The notes: generated by a model from the letters alone, not told the origin. A DNA stretch of 61,159 nt from Proteromonas lacertae (GCA_002245135.1 NGBS01001176.1:62001-123159); one strand, 5' to 3'. Positions 35,419 to 48,509 are shown, counted from the stretch's first letter. Made by a program: numbers and translations.

Positions 35419-35848
35419 TAATAGATTATTCTATTTCTTTAACTATTTATATAAATTAGTGTCATTCTACTACAAAACAACATATTATAATGTGTTCTAA
35501 ACATTTATTAAACATTTGTATTAATATTTTATGTATTTCTATTAAAACACATTTATTTTTATTTTTTGTTTTAATGTTTTATTCACTACTAGAGACTAAA
35601 ACATATTTAAAATTTTTTAGCTAAAATGCAATTACATTATAACTATCATGTAATGTGAATATATCATTTTGACTTTATTCTTTGTTCTTTTTTCATTTAA
35701 AATACATCATTCTAATAATTAAAAATGTGCTCTAGTTGTAGAAAATAGTAAATGTGGCACATCATCAGGAATTATTAATACTTCGGAAAATACCAACAAT
35801 TTAATGTAATAGTATATTCAAATGTCAATATAGGTAAATGATTACTAT

Positions 35849-36957
35849 TCATGATTTTATTATCCAATCTTGAATAAATCGATCAAAAATGTTGATTAAA
35901 CATGTAAAATTCAAGTCATATTCTTCTTCTAATGTATTGTAGTTTGCATAGACTCCATAATAACTGTAACCCAAAATGCTAGAAAGTGACGAAAAACATA
36001 ATACAGGGAGTCTATGGTTAGATACAATAATATTAGTAAATCCAGCTCCATGTGGTCCAAATATTATATCTGCTTCTGAAAACATTTGAAGCATGATTTT
36101 AAACTCTGTATTAGGTTTATAAATCATGCATGTGTAATTTGAATAGAAATTACAGATATGCATTACAATTAGGTCAAAGAATTTAATTCTCCTAGAGTAT
36201 AATCTCTTTATTAATAGAATAATAGGTTGATTTTCTACAATATGTTGTGGAGTTATTCTTTTCACAAGCATATTTCTTAATTCAATTAAAGAGTGAGTAT
36301 ATAGGGATGATGTGCATCCAACTCTGTCCATCATAACAGTATATTCTACATAGATATTACCACTAACCAACTTATTTTCTTTAATTCCTAATAGATTTAA
36401 ATAATTAATTATAGCAGGATTGAAGTGAATATGTAATTTAGAATAGTTGATAGAATTTATTGTTCTTATTATAGGAATTATTTTTGTTAAACAATTAATT
36501 ATAGAATGATATATTGCTGATCCTAAATATTGAGTAATTTGAAATACTAATTTATAGCTATTTAGTTTAGATGTAGTATTAAACATGTTTAGATTTTCTT
36601 TTTTGCACCTGCATCCTCCTTTTATAGATATATAATCATTACATGTCGTTAATATTGATCCATATTCATTAAATGTTACGCTCTTAAAAAAGTATATTCT
36701 AAATGTATTATTTGTATCTATGTTATATATTTTCTTATATTTTAACTTATTTTTATTTATGATAATCATTCTTCCATAATGTATTTTATTTCTTTTATAT
36801 AAATTGATCATCAAATAACTACTCTTAGGTAATATCTTCTCTATATCGACACACATATATTTTCTTATATACAAACTGTAATTCAAGCATTTTATATTTT
36901 TTATTGCATTCATTCGCATTATAGTATGTAGTATTATATATAATAATAGTAAATAAA
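35849..36957 (-). CDS. GT61-like (DUF563) glycosyltransferase; 5' end abuts/cut by viral insertion
   Basis: FSEADIIFGPHGAGFTNII signature; ORF N-terminus MVCQEPES is read from the adjacent GC-rich repeat. Confidence 0.7.
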
Positions 36958-37087
36958 GGTTCTGGCACACCAAGCCGTATGACTCGGGCTCCTGGCACAC
37001 CAAACCAAACTTTTTTAAAATACGTGACCTATGTCATATTAGGTAAATTATTATTTTTGCATTTTCTAGAATATTCTAATTTCATAT

Positions 37088-37396
37088 ATGGATAATCTAA
37101 TTAAAGAAGAAGCAGAAAATGGATTTGATTCTTTATATGAAATGTGTAATGTATATCTCAATAAGAAAGATGATGGGAGCAATGACTATCAAACATCAAT
37201 TGAAATAGCATGTGAGATTATATTAAAATTAAAAGAATTAAATGAAGAATATCATTTAGGATTAGATGATATGGTATTACATCAAATAGGAAGATTAGAA
37301 GGGAAAAAAATAGCAAGTCAATATTTACAAAAAGAATTAGAAAAACAATTAAATGAAATAATACCAAGTTTAAACAATATGTTAAAAATCAAATAA
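37088..37396 (+). CDS. Hypothetical viral protein
   Basis: 102-aa helical ORF with ATG. Confidence 0.5.
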   Translation: MDNLIKEEAENGFDSLYEMCNVYLNKKDDGSNDYQTSIEIACEIILKLKELNEEYHLGLDDMVLHQIGRLEGKKIASQYLQKELEKQLNEIIPSLNNMLKIK

Positions 37397-37403
37397 AAAT
37401 TAA

Positions 37404-37877
37404 TTAGTCTTTATCATCTTCCAATCTGTTTTTAAAAATATTATATATTGAATTTAATTCTGAATTTGTATCGATTAAATAGAGGTAATGATTTTTTATA
37501 TATCTAAAATTTTTAATAGTATTTGCATTCAAATTGAAATCTTCTTCAGAAATATATGCAAAATCTTCTACATAGAAAGTGTCCAGTTTATTAATTAATT
37601 TTTCTAAGTCTTCTATAATATCCAGTCTATAAGATGTTAATTCAGATTTGTTAAATGTAGTAGCTATTTTACTCCTGTTATATTTCAATTCGATATTTTG
37701 TATGAAAGTTACAAAAGACTTTATTTTATCTCTTAGATCTGTTTTATCTTTACTACTAAAATTTTCACTTAGATTTAATTTATAGACCCTTCTACTTATA
37801 TCATTTAAACTATTAATATAATTTTTAAGTACATCAAAGAATACATAGAATTCATATACTCTAGCAAAATTACTCAT
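37404..37877 (-). CDS. Hypothetical viral protein
   Basis: 157-aa ORF with ATG. Confidence 0.5.
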   Translation of the reverse strand: MSNFARVYEFYVFFDVLKNYINSLNDISRRVYKLNLSENFSSKDKTDLRDKIKSFVTFIQNIELKYNRSKIATTFNKSELTSYRLDIIEDLEKLINKLDTFYVEDFAYISEEDFNLNANTIKNFRYIKNHYLYLIDTNSELNSIYNIFKNRLEDDKD

Positions 37878-38113
37878 ATTTTTTTGGTATTAATAAATTA
37901 ATTAAATAGATATACTACTAATAGAAATTGTTCTTCCAATTCAAATCTGATCCAAAGAATATAATATAATTCAAGTAAAAGAAAGAAATATAAAACAATA
38001 ATATAAAATAATAAATATAAATCGTAAAAGAATTGATATATAACTTTTAGAAATTTCTAAAAGAATAAAAATAATAATAAAAATATATAAAAAATTAATT
38101 TTTAATTTTCTAG

Positions 38114-41100
38114 ATGAACCCTTTCATCCCTCCTTATTATTATTATTCAAACTTTAATTATTATAGTCCACCACCATTTGGAGCACCTTATATTCCTCCT
38201 CCACAAAATTATGGATTTAATCCCATGCCCATGCCATATCCAGGTATGGCACCTCCTAATATGTATGAACCACCTCCACCTATTCAAAATATTCCAGTAG
38301 TTAGAAATTATGTTCCACCAAGAAATCTAGTTACAAATACAAATCCTGGTTTCAATTATTATCCTGGAAATATAGGAGTAGATTCAACACCTCAAATTAA
38401 TATTCCTGAACCAGGATTGGTAACACCACCTCCCAAGAGAAGATTAGATTTTGAAAACATAAGTCCTCCAAAAATACAAAGAAAAGGAGGTATGCAGGTT
38501 CCAATGCCTAATCCAAATCAACCTGTTGTTGTTGTTAATCAACCTCCACCAAATGCACAACAGCGTAATAGAGTAGCAGATTTAAATTTATCTTATCAAG
38601 AAGAAAGAGATTTAAGAGAAGCAAGCGATATATTAGAAAATCATCCTACTAAATTATTAAAATTACCATATGAAAAGAGATTATATTATATGGACTTAAT
38701 TCAGAGAAGTACAGATAATTACAGTAGAACATATCAAATTAACTTTTTAAACGATGTAAATGGTATGGATCCAGATGCTGTAGTTGAAATTATAACTGAT
38801 CCTAGTAGTCCATTAATTACTAAAATAAGAGAATATTTGGAAGATGTTAAATATATAAAAGTAACATTAAGTTTTAGAAGTGGTTATATAGGAGTAGACG
38901 ATCCAGATTATAATAATCCAAATGGTAATAAAATAACAAATTGGGTATTCTTAGAATGTAGACCTGTAGTTATTACAGAATCAGAAATGAATGTTGCACA
39001 TAAAATATTAAAAGATAGAATAAGAACAGAAATGGGACCTTTATGGCATACTGAAAAATCAAGTTTAAAATTTAGACATGTTGGTGAAGTTGAAGTTCAA
39101 TTAGTCAAAACAACTGCTATGGCAGGTAGTGGTAAAAATAAAGAACTTCCAGATTGGATTAGAAATAGAAAATGTGTTATATCAATAGATAATAATAAAG
39201 AAAATGATCAATTATGTTTTCTATATGCTATAGCAGCAGCATTTTTTCATGGTAATAATAATAATAAGAATTTAAATAGAGTAGAACAATATAAAGATTA
39301 TATTAGAGTTAACTACAATTATAGTATGTTATATTTCCCAGTAGATCCTATTAAACATAAAAAACAAATTCATGAATTTGAAACAATAAATCATATAACA
39401 TTAAATATATTCAAAATAACAGATAAAGAAGTAGTTCCTATATATGTAACACATATAGATAAATTCAATAATTATCCACATGTGAATTTATTATATAATG
39501 ATAAACATTATTCTACTATTACAAAATTAAATGTAATATTAATACCTAAAGGAAAGAAGTGTAAAAATGGTTATCCAAGATGTAATTATTGTTTTGCTTT
39601 ATTATCAACAGATGAAAAAAGAATACAACATGAAAAATATAATTGTCAACAACATAAAGGTATTATAAGAAATTTCCCTGAAAAAAATATTCAATTAGAA
39701 TTTAAGAACTTTAAATATATGAATACCTATAGTAATATATTGGGATACTGAAGTTTATCAGGAGAAAGTAACAGATCCAATTTTAAATGAGAAAGGTATT
39801 TTATCAAAGCATATATTATCCAGTTGGTGTTTATATGTTGTATCTAAATATCCTAATATATATCCTAATAAAATTGAGTATGATTTTAAAACACCTAAAG
39901 ATAATGAAACAGATTTAGAGGATAGATTAATAGCTAAATTTATGGAAATACAAAAAGAAATATTAGATTTATATGAAGAAAAATTAAAAAATCCTGAAAA
40001 AATGATAGGATATAATAGAGAAGATCCTAAAAATAAATTGAATTATTGTATATACTGTAAAGAACCATTTGATTATAGAAATAAGAATAAAAAACCTGTT
40101 TTACACCACGACCACTTTAGTGGACAATATATAGGTAGAATATGTAATAATTGCAACTTCCATGTAAGTTTAAATAATATGCCAATCCCTTGTATTGCTC
40201 ATAATTCCAAAAATTATGACAATAATTTCATTATTAGAGGATTTTCCAGATGGGATAATAAGTTAAGAGAAGAGTATTGTAAAGAAAATAATATTGATCT
40301 TAATGTAAATTATGCTTCAGATACTGAATCTGATAGTGAAACTGAAGAAGAAGATAATACTATTACTAATACTAATTCTATTCCTATTCCACATCAAGAT
40401 AGTGATACATTTACTCCATTACCTCCTTATACTAATGGCTTTATAACAGCAAATAAAATAAAAGATTATGTAAAAAATTTAAGAAAAGAAAAACAAGAAG
40501 AAAAAGATGATAATAATAATAATTTCAATATGAGTCCATTACATGATTCTTTAAGTGATATGGAAACTCAAGAAGCTGAAAGTGAAGTAATACAAATCAA
40601 TAATGAAGAAGTTAATGCATTATTAGAATTAGAAGAAATGTTAAGAAGGGATAGTCCTAGAAATGCAGAAGATGTTATAGATGAAATAGATGAACAATCT
40701 GCTTATAGAATTATTAAATGTAAAGATGGCAAAATAAGAAAATATAAAAACAAAAAACAATATAAATCACAATTATCAGTATTACCCAAAACAGATAATA
40801 AATTTTTATTAATAAAGTTCAACAAATTATACTTTATGGACTCTTATCAATTTTTACCAAGTTCTTTAGATTCTTTAACAAAGTCATTATATACTCAAGC
40901 AAAAAGAGATAATGGAAATTATCAAAAATATTTTAGCTATGTATATGAAGATATCTATAAAAAATATTCTGCTCCTGGTAAATTGGATCATGATATGAAA
41001 ATTGATGCTTTTATCCATAAATGGTGTTTATCTAAAGGATATTTTCCATATGAATATGTGAACTCATTATCTAAATATTTCAATACTTTTGAACTACCTC

Positions 41101-42943
41101 CTAAAGAAACATTCTATTCGAAGTTAAAAGATGATAATACAGTAACAGATGTTAAATATGCTAGTTGTCAGGCTTTATGGAAAGTTATTAGATGTGATAA
41201 CTTAATGGACTACAATTTATTTTGGATCCATTATGGCATTGTAGTTCACCTGGTTTATCTTGGAGTATATTCCTTAAAAATTGTGATGTAAAAATTGATT
41301 TAATAAGTGACTCTGATAATTATGACTTTATACATTCTGGATTAATAGGTGGGATTTCTATGGTTGGTAGTATGAGATATGCAGAGTCTTGGAATCATTA
41401 TCAACCTCAATGGCAAGAGAAAAATAAAAAGGAAGTACAGGATCCAGATAATCAAGCATATATTATGTATATGGATTATAATTCTTTATATCCAAGTACT
41501 ATGGCTAGTATGAAGTTACCATATAGTGAATTTGAATGGATTGAACCAACTACTGAAAATGTTAAGAAAATATTATCATTACATTACTATGAAGAACAAA
41601 GAGAAAAATATTACAATACAGAATGGATTAATAAAAATATGTATGGATATATTCTAGAAGTAGATATTTCTCCTCCTAGTAATAGTGATGAAAGAAAAAA
41701 ATTTGCTGAATATCCTTTGTTACCTGAAAGAAAAATAGTTGACTATGATAATTTATCTGAAATACAAAAGAAATGGGCAGAGTCTTTAGGATTAGTTTCA
41801 GAAGCTAAAAATAATATTGATAAACCATATAAAGTTAAAAAGTTAAAGTCAAATGTTCCTAAAATAGTATGTGATTTAACAACAAAATACAACTATGTTG
41901 TTCACTATCAATATTTGAAATTTGCATGTGAAATGGGTTATGTTATACATCATATTCATAGAATTATCAGATTTAAAGAGTCTAATTATGCACATAACTT
42001 TGTAATGATGAATCATAACTTAAGAAGACAAGCTAAATTAGAAGGAAGGGATGCTGATGCTGATACTTTTAAGCTTATTCTAAATAGCGCTTATGGAAAG
42101 ACTTGTGAAAATACTGAGAATAGATGTACCTCCAAATTAGTTAATAATGAAGAAGACTTTTTACAGTGTACTTCCAATCCATTTTATAGAAGTTTTATTG
42201 CTATAGATAATAGTAACTTACGTATATGCAAATTTCAAAAATATAAATGCACTATTGATAAACCATCTTATATTGGTATGAGTATATTATGTGAATCTAA
42301 AAGGTTAATGGCTCAATTCTGGTATGGACATTTATATAGGAAATATGGGAGTAGTTTAAGATTATTGATGAGTGATACTGATAGTTTCATATTTATGGTT
42401 AAAACTAGAGATTTCTATATGGATATTATGAACGATCCACATTTTGAAAAGAAAGTTGATACTGGTAATCTTAATAAACAATACTTAATAACTAAAGGTA
42501 TACACTATTCAAATGTTAATCAAAGTTCAGAACTTAACTTATTAAAAATAGAAGAAAATAAGAATGGTTTATACTCTATTACTAGATTTGCAGGATTAAA
42601 ACCTAAAATGTATGCCTATGAAAAAGTAAGAGTAGACGATGATATACATACTGTTACACATGATAGTAGAGCTAAAGGAGTTACAACTGGATATAGAATT
42701 AAAACTTGTGATTTTGACTTTTATAGAAAAATATTAACAGATGCTGAAGATGAAAAGTCTTACAGAGTTGATAAAATCAAACAATATAGTTTCAGAAGTG
42801 TTAACCAAACTTTATATACTATGGAACAAAATAAGTTGGCTTTCAGCATATTTGATTCTAAAAGGTATTATTTAGATGTTTATCATAGTATTCCTTTTAA
42901 TGATTATTATCCACCTATTATTAATAACACTACTAATGTTTGA
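38114..42943 (+). pseudogene. Protein-primed family B DNA polymerase 1 (frameshifts ~39720 and ~41220)
   Basis: ExoI IYWDTE, ExoII HNSKNYD, DYNSLYPS, KLILNSAYGK, MSDTDS, KPKMYAY; Pro-rich N-terminus; ExoIII segment missing. Confidence 0.92.
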
Positions 42944-43030
42944 AACTTTTATATTTCTTTTTTATATTATATTATATTTTGATATTATTATTATTTCTTT
43001 TGTTTTCTTATATTATAAAAATAAAAAATA

Positions 43031-44124
43031 ATGTATTTCGGATGGGATCCTGCTAAAGCATTTTTTAATACTATGAATGATGTAGGTAACTTAATGGATA
43101 AAAATATACAACATTTACCTAAACAACCTAAATATCCTGAATCATTGCAATATTATATGAATTATGGTAGAGATGGTATACCTAGAGAACCTCCTACTAC
43201 TGACTATAAATTATATCCTAATCCTGAATATTCTCAATATCAAAATTGTTTACAACAACTATATAATAAATATCATTATTTAAGTGATAGAGATTTTATT
43301 AAAATGGTAATGAATCCTGCAGATAATAATGAAGTACCACCACCTATAGATGCTATAAAAGAATTTTTAGCTAGACAACCAGGTCATCAAATAGTAGACT
43401 TTCAGTATAAAAAGGATAATCCTTTCGTTAGTATCAAAAAGCCTGGTTGGTTCCAGATGGATATAGTTTATTTTTTACCTGAAACACATCATCTGTATTT
43501 TATTGAAACTAACTCTAGAAAAGTATGGGTAGTACCTTTGAAAAGAGAAGATGGAAACACTTGTTTAAATGCAGTTATAGAAATCAAACTCATGCTAAAA
43601 GCTTTCCACCTAGTGCATATATGAATCAGTGGCTTACTAACTTTAATCATGAAGTATATAAAGTAGTACAAGACTATAATAATAAACCTCATCCTGCATT
43701 AAAAGGATATACTCCTAATGAAGTATATCATTCTGAATTACTACAGAAAAGAGTATTAGTTGAAAGCATAAATAAAAATGTAGATAATGAATTTAAACTA
43801 GAAGATAAACAACGATTTAAAGTAGGTGACTATGTTAGATTTAAAGAAAGAAGAAGACAATTAGATAAAATAACTACTTGGAGTGATGATGTTTATATGA
43901 TTATAAATAAGTTTAGATTTTCTTATCAAATAGGTGATACTAATGGTAACTTTGTACCTAATGTTAGTAATCAGAGGTTTAAGCATTATGAATTAGAATT
44001 AGTAGAAAGAGCGCAAGATAGAAATGCTTATTTTAGAGCGTATCAAGCAAACAGAAGATTTTATAATCAACATTTTAGAAAAACATTAAAAAGACCAGGA
44101 CTCAAAAGAAAGGGAATAGTATAA
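43031..44124 (+). pseudogene. Polinton-type rve integrase with internal deletion/frameshift ~43585
   Basis: WFQMDIVY, IETNSRKVWVVPLK, VVQDYNNKPHPALKGYTPNEV, FKVGDYVR; middle catalytic segment absent. Confidence 0.85.
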
Positions 44125-44155
44125 TATATATATATTCCATTAATTAATTATTTAA

Positions 44156-44761
44156 TTAAAGTTCTGATATTTCAATAAGTGCTCTGCTATTTACAGGCAC
44201 TTTTGTTGAATTATTTCCTTCTTCTGGAGGAGGAGGAGGTTCTTCTTGTTTAATTTTGGGTTTTGGAGTTTCTTTTTTTTCTTTAATAATATGATGTTCT
44301 TTTGAAACTCTTCTTCTTTTATTATATTTTCTATCTTCTTCATAATCACTATCATGATCACTATTATCACCACTACTACTACTACTACTATCACTACTAG
44401 AACTATCATTTTCTATATCAACATCTTCATACAATAAGTTTTCTATTTTATCTGAATTCACATATGAGGGAATTTCAGGATATTTGAATGTAGACCACCT
44501 ATATATATTAATTTCTGTTTTCTTTAGAAAATACCACTTTTCATTATTTGATTTAGCAAGTTCTGAAAATTTTTGAAAATCACCTGTAAATTGAATATGT
44601 AATGTGCTGAATTTGGCAAATATTTTTATATTACTATTAACATATTTTATTTCATCACAATTTGTTACAGCTATTGTTACTATATTATTTTCTAAAAATT
44701 GATTCTGAAATTCTATATTATTATGTAAATTCATTATATAAGTTGTTGGTAAATATTTCAT
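44156..44761 (-). CDS. Hypothetical viral protein with Ser/Asp tract and basic patch
   Basis: 201-aa ORF; may extend upstream. Confidence 0.45.
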   Translation of the reverse strand: MKYLPTTYIMNLHNNIEFQNQFLENNIVTIAVTNCDEIKYVNSNIKIFAKFSTLHIQFTGDFQKFSELAKSNNEKWYFLKKTEINIYRWSTFKYPEIPSYVNSDKIENLLYEDVDIENDSSSSDSSSSSSGDNSDHDSDYEEDRKYNKRRRVSKEHHIIKEKKETPKPKIKQEEPPPPPEEGNNSTKVPVNSRALIEISEL

Positions 44762-44862
44762 ATAATCATATAAATCAAATTGAAAATCATTAATTAATAC
44801 ATTGTTATTTGAATTAAATTTTATCTGGATTTTAGATGAAGTAAAAATTATTTTGTATTTAT

Positions 44863-45435
44863 TTATAAAATTTCTAATGGATAAAAAATAGTATTATCAT
44901 CCAAAATTTTATTAAGAGGAATAGTATTTTTGCAGAATAATGAATTAATTTTACTTCGTGTATTTGTTTTACGATTTTTTGCATCCATATACTTATCTTT
45001 TAAATAAATAAAAATTTCTTGATTTGCAACAAAGGATAAATTATTATATTCTGGATTGTCATCACATATATAAAATTTTAGTATATTTACTTTATTTTTG
45101 TAATCACAACTATATTTGATAGTTGTCCATATATAATTAATATTATTTTTGAGATTATTATTATTTTCCTTAATATATAATTTGATAGGATTATGAAATA
45201 AACAAAATTTGAAATATCTTTCATCCATAATATAAAAAGGAATTTCACAAGACCATGTATAAAAATGTTGACCTCTATTCATATTAGTAATTATTTTTAA
45301 ACACATAAAAGTGTTGAATAAAAAAATCCAATTTCGATACCCAGTCCAACTGTGGGTATCTTCATATGCAATATAATAATTGCCTTCCATGTATTTTTTG
45401 ACACAGGAATAATCAACACCAATATTTCCAGACAT
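44863..45435 (-). CDS. Hypothetical viral protein
   Basis: 190-aa ORF with ATG. Confidence 0.5.
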   Translation of the reverse strand: MSGNIGVDYSCVKKYMEGNYYIAYEDTHSWTGYRNWIFLFNTFMCLKIITNMNRGQHFYTWSCEIPFYIMDERYFKFCLFHNPIKLYIKENNNNLKNNINYIWTTIKYSCDYKNKVNILKFYICDDNPEYNNLSFVANQEIFIYLKDKYMDAKNRKTNTRSKINSLFCKNTIPLNKILDDNTIFYPLEIL

Positions 45436-45606
45436 TTTAACTAATTATAATTAAAAAATTATGTAAGTGTTTGCTATTATTATATAAAATAATAAACAAC
45501 TAATAAAAACAACAAAAATATTTAAAACAAATACAGAAATAAAGAATAATATTTTTATGAATATCAGTAAATATAAAATATATTTATATATATTTTATAT
45601 AATATA

Positions 45607-45997
45607 TTATATTTTTTGAAAAGACTTTTTAAATAATTCAATTTGTTTTTCACCAGTCTGAGTATTAAAATTAGTGCTTTGCTTAAAACTTTTATTTTTC
45701 TTTAATATATTTTCTAAAAATTTTATAGCAAAAAATCCACAATTTGATGTTGTGGACTTTTGATTTTGAATAGCATTAACTTTTAATTCATATTCTTTAT
45801 TTTTGTTTCTTTTGAATTTTTTAATAGTATTTTTAAATGATTCAAAATTTTTTGGATTTTCTTCAAAAGAATCATAGTATAAAAAATTGTTATGAACATT
45901 ATCAATCACAAGAGATACCCAATGACCTATTTCATCAGGTTTTGCAGATGTATTTAAAGTGTTAATTATTATTCCCCATCTATTTTTAGATGTATTT
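45607..45997 (-). pseudogene. Adenain/Ulp1-like maturation cysteine protease 1, N-terminally truncated
   Basis: IGHWVSLVID, YYDSF, NQK...NCGFFA; paralog of 51181-51741. Confidence 0.8.
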
Positions 45998-46029
45998 ATT
46001 GGGAGGACTAATTCCTCCCAATGTTAGGG

Positions 46030-47406
46030 TTAACTATGACAAACGGTGCACAACAGAGGAGTATTAACCTCATTTTTTGCAGTTTCAAAATCATGATTTG
46101 AGTAATCCAAAGTAATTTTTAAATCACTCGATAAATCTTTACCAGCTCTTAATTTTAATTCAGTTAAACGGTCAGTACTAAAATTTAATATATCAAAGAA
46201 TCTATAAGCAAAAGATTGTTGAGAACATCTTTCAAATAATTTATTTGAATATAATTTCTCATATATTCCCATGTCTGATATTTAGATGGATATAAATAAT
46301 CAGGAGTATAGACAAAATCATTAATTTGCCATCTTATTCTATCTTGATCTTGATCAAAAGGAATAGGATCTCTTTTATATGCATCATTATAATATGCTCT
46401 ATACAATATATATTTAACATAACTTCCTATGCTACTATTAATACTGAAGTTATAGTTAAAAGTATTACTGCCTGGAATTGGGTCTTTAGTGATTTGAACT
46501 ATATTAAAGTCAGCAAAGTCAATAGGATGATGAGTTGAATAATTAATGGTATTAGCATTACATGTTGGATCTTTATTGTAACAAATGTAAAGTCTAGGGT
46601 TAATAATTCTCATTCCTACATATTGTTGCCATGAATTAATCCAAACAGAACCATTGCTATGATGAATCCAATTCATTATAGGAGCAAATGTGAATTGAAT
46701 ATAAATGACTTCACCAAAATAAATATCATTCTTCAAAGCTAATATGGTATTATAGAAATCTGCAAAATGAAATCTACAGTATAGTTTTCCATGTAATATA
46801 TCTTCTGTTGTTCCCATTTCTTCCCAATAATTCCAAACACCTCCATTTGCTTTTAAAGTAGAATTAGAATCACATATAGTTGTTTCAGCTATTTTATTAT
46901 TTCTAATGCGTAAGCCATCAAATAAATATTCATAATAATGATAATCTTTTATATCATAAGGATACTGATTAGCAATTTGATGAGCTAAATCTCGATATTC
47001 ATTATAACTACTATCTAAATCACATAGAAGTGTTCCAGTTTTATTGTATACTTTGATAGTTCCAAAATTCATTGAATTCCTTAAATTTATATGATCTAAC
47101 ATTTTACCAGTAGTAGAATCAGTTACAGGTGTAATAGGTAATTTCCATTGTCCTTTACCTGCATCTGCATGATCTCTTTTTTGACCTGTAGTATAATCTA
47201 ATTCAAAATTCAAAGTAACTTTTTGATAGATTAACACAATTATCACCAGATATTTCAAATGTAATAGCATCACTGTTTGAATTTAAAGATAAAACAGTCT
47301 CATTTCTACTTTGGTTAGGTGTAACTAAAATATGATTGTAGACAGGTATATAAGCTGGCACAATGCTTTCATGTTTTTGTGAATTAGGTACAGCAGTGAT
47401 TGACAT
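46030..47406 (-). pseudogene. Putative major capsid protein 2 (frameshifts ~47210, ~46270; C-terminus cut by foldback end)
   Basis: ITFEISG..VNLSKSY, FYNTILALKNDIYFG, RWQINDFVYTPDY, LSSDLKIT all match 22589-24031. Confidence 0.75.
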
Positions 47407-47461
47407 ATTTTATGTTATTTTTTAAAAATCAAAAAAATGCTTAAAAATAGCAAGAAATTTA

Positions 47462-48432
47462 TTAATACAAAATAATCTCAAAATAAATAGGTAAGTTATT
47501 TAAATCAATTGCATAACCATCTTGTTGAGAGACTGATATATTCATTTGTTGATATTCGTGATATTGCATCTTTTTAGTTGTCCATTCAATTTGTGGATTA
47601 GTGAATGTAGTATAATCTGCATTTATATCAGTTACAGGTATATTTGCTAAAACCATTGAATTCTCACCACTATTAACCCAGTCACATCTAATTTGAATAA
47701 ATGACACCCATAGTAAAGAAGGCTGATTTGGTAACAATTTGTAATAATTATTAAAATCTTTACTGAAATATGCATCACTTAAATGATTTGCATGATAAAT
47801 TGATATACTTTTATTTATTTCATCTAAACCAAATAACTTATATGCTAAGTTAGGGAATTCCATACTAAAATCTGTAAAGTAATATTTTCCGAAATGAGTA
47901 ATATATTTAAATTGTAACTTTAATCTATTTTCTGAAGTTTTTTCAAAATGAAGTACATCTGTTTGATCATCTACTTTACGAAATGGAAATCTATTTGCAA
48001 AATCTTCATCAGGTAATGGTACCACTCCATTATCAAATGCATAAAAAGTAAAATCTAAGAGATTTCTAGCAAAAAATCTAATAATTCTTTTCCTGTATAT
48101 TTTCTTTGAGGTATTTTAATATCAATAGTTTTATTATAAGGTCCATTTTGGTTTTCAGGGTATGCCCATTTTATTGGATTTGTTCCATCTGGATTAATGC
48201 AGCTATAATAAGTAAAATTAAAGAGTATATGATCATTTACTTCATCTTGTATTGTATAGAAGTTATTTGGTATAACTGCAGTAATTAAACTCATATATTG
48301 ATATTTTTCAGTTATAGTAGGAGTATTGATACATCTTGTCCATCTATTTGAAAATTTTGAATCATAGTCTGATGTAGTTAAGAACAATGATCTTCTATTA
48401 CTTAAAACATTATTACCATCTTTAGGTTGCAT
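47462..48432 (-). pseudogene. Putative minor capsid protein, frameshift ~48060
   Basis: MSLITAVIPNNFYTIQ, LAYKLFG, PSLLWVS, VLANIP, SQQDGYAIDLNN match 24062-25026. Confidence 0.7.
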
Positions 48433-48509
48433 TATGTTTTATAATTGTTGAGAAATATTAAAATATAATTTTATTTGAATTATTCTTTAATTTATATATT
48501 GTTATATAT

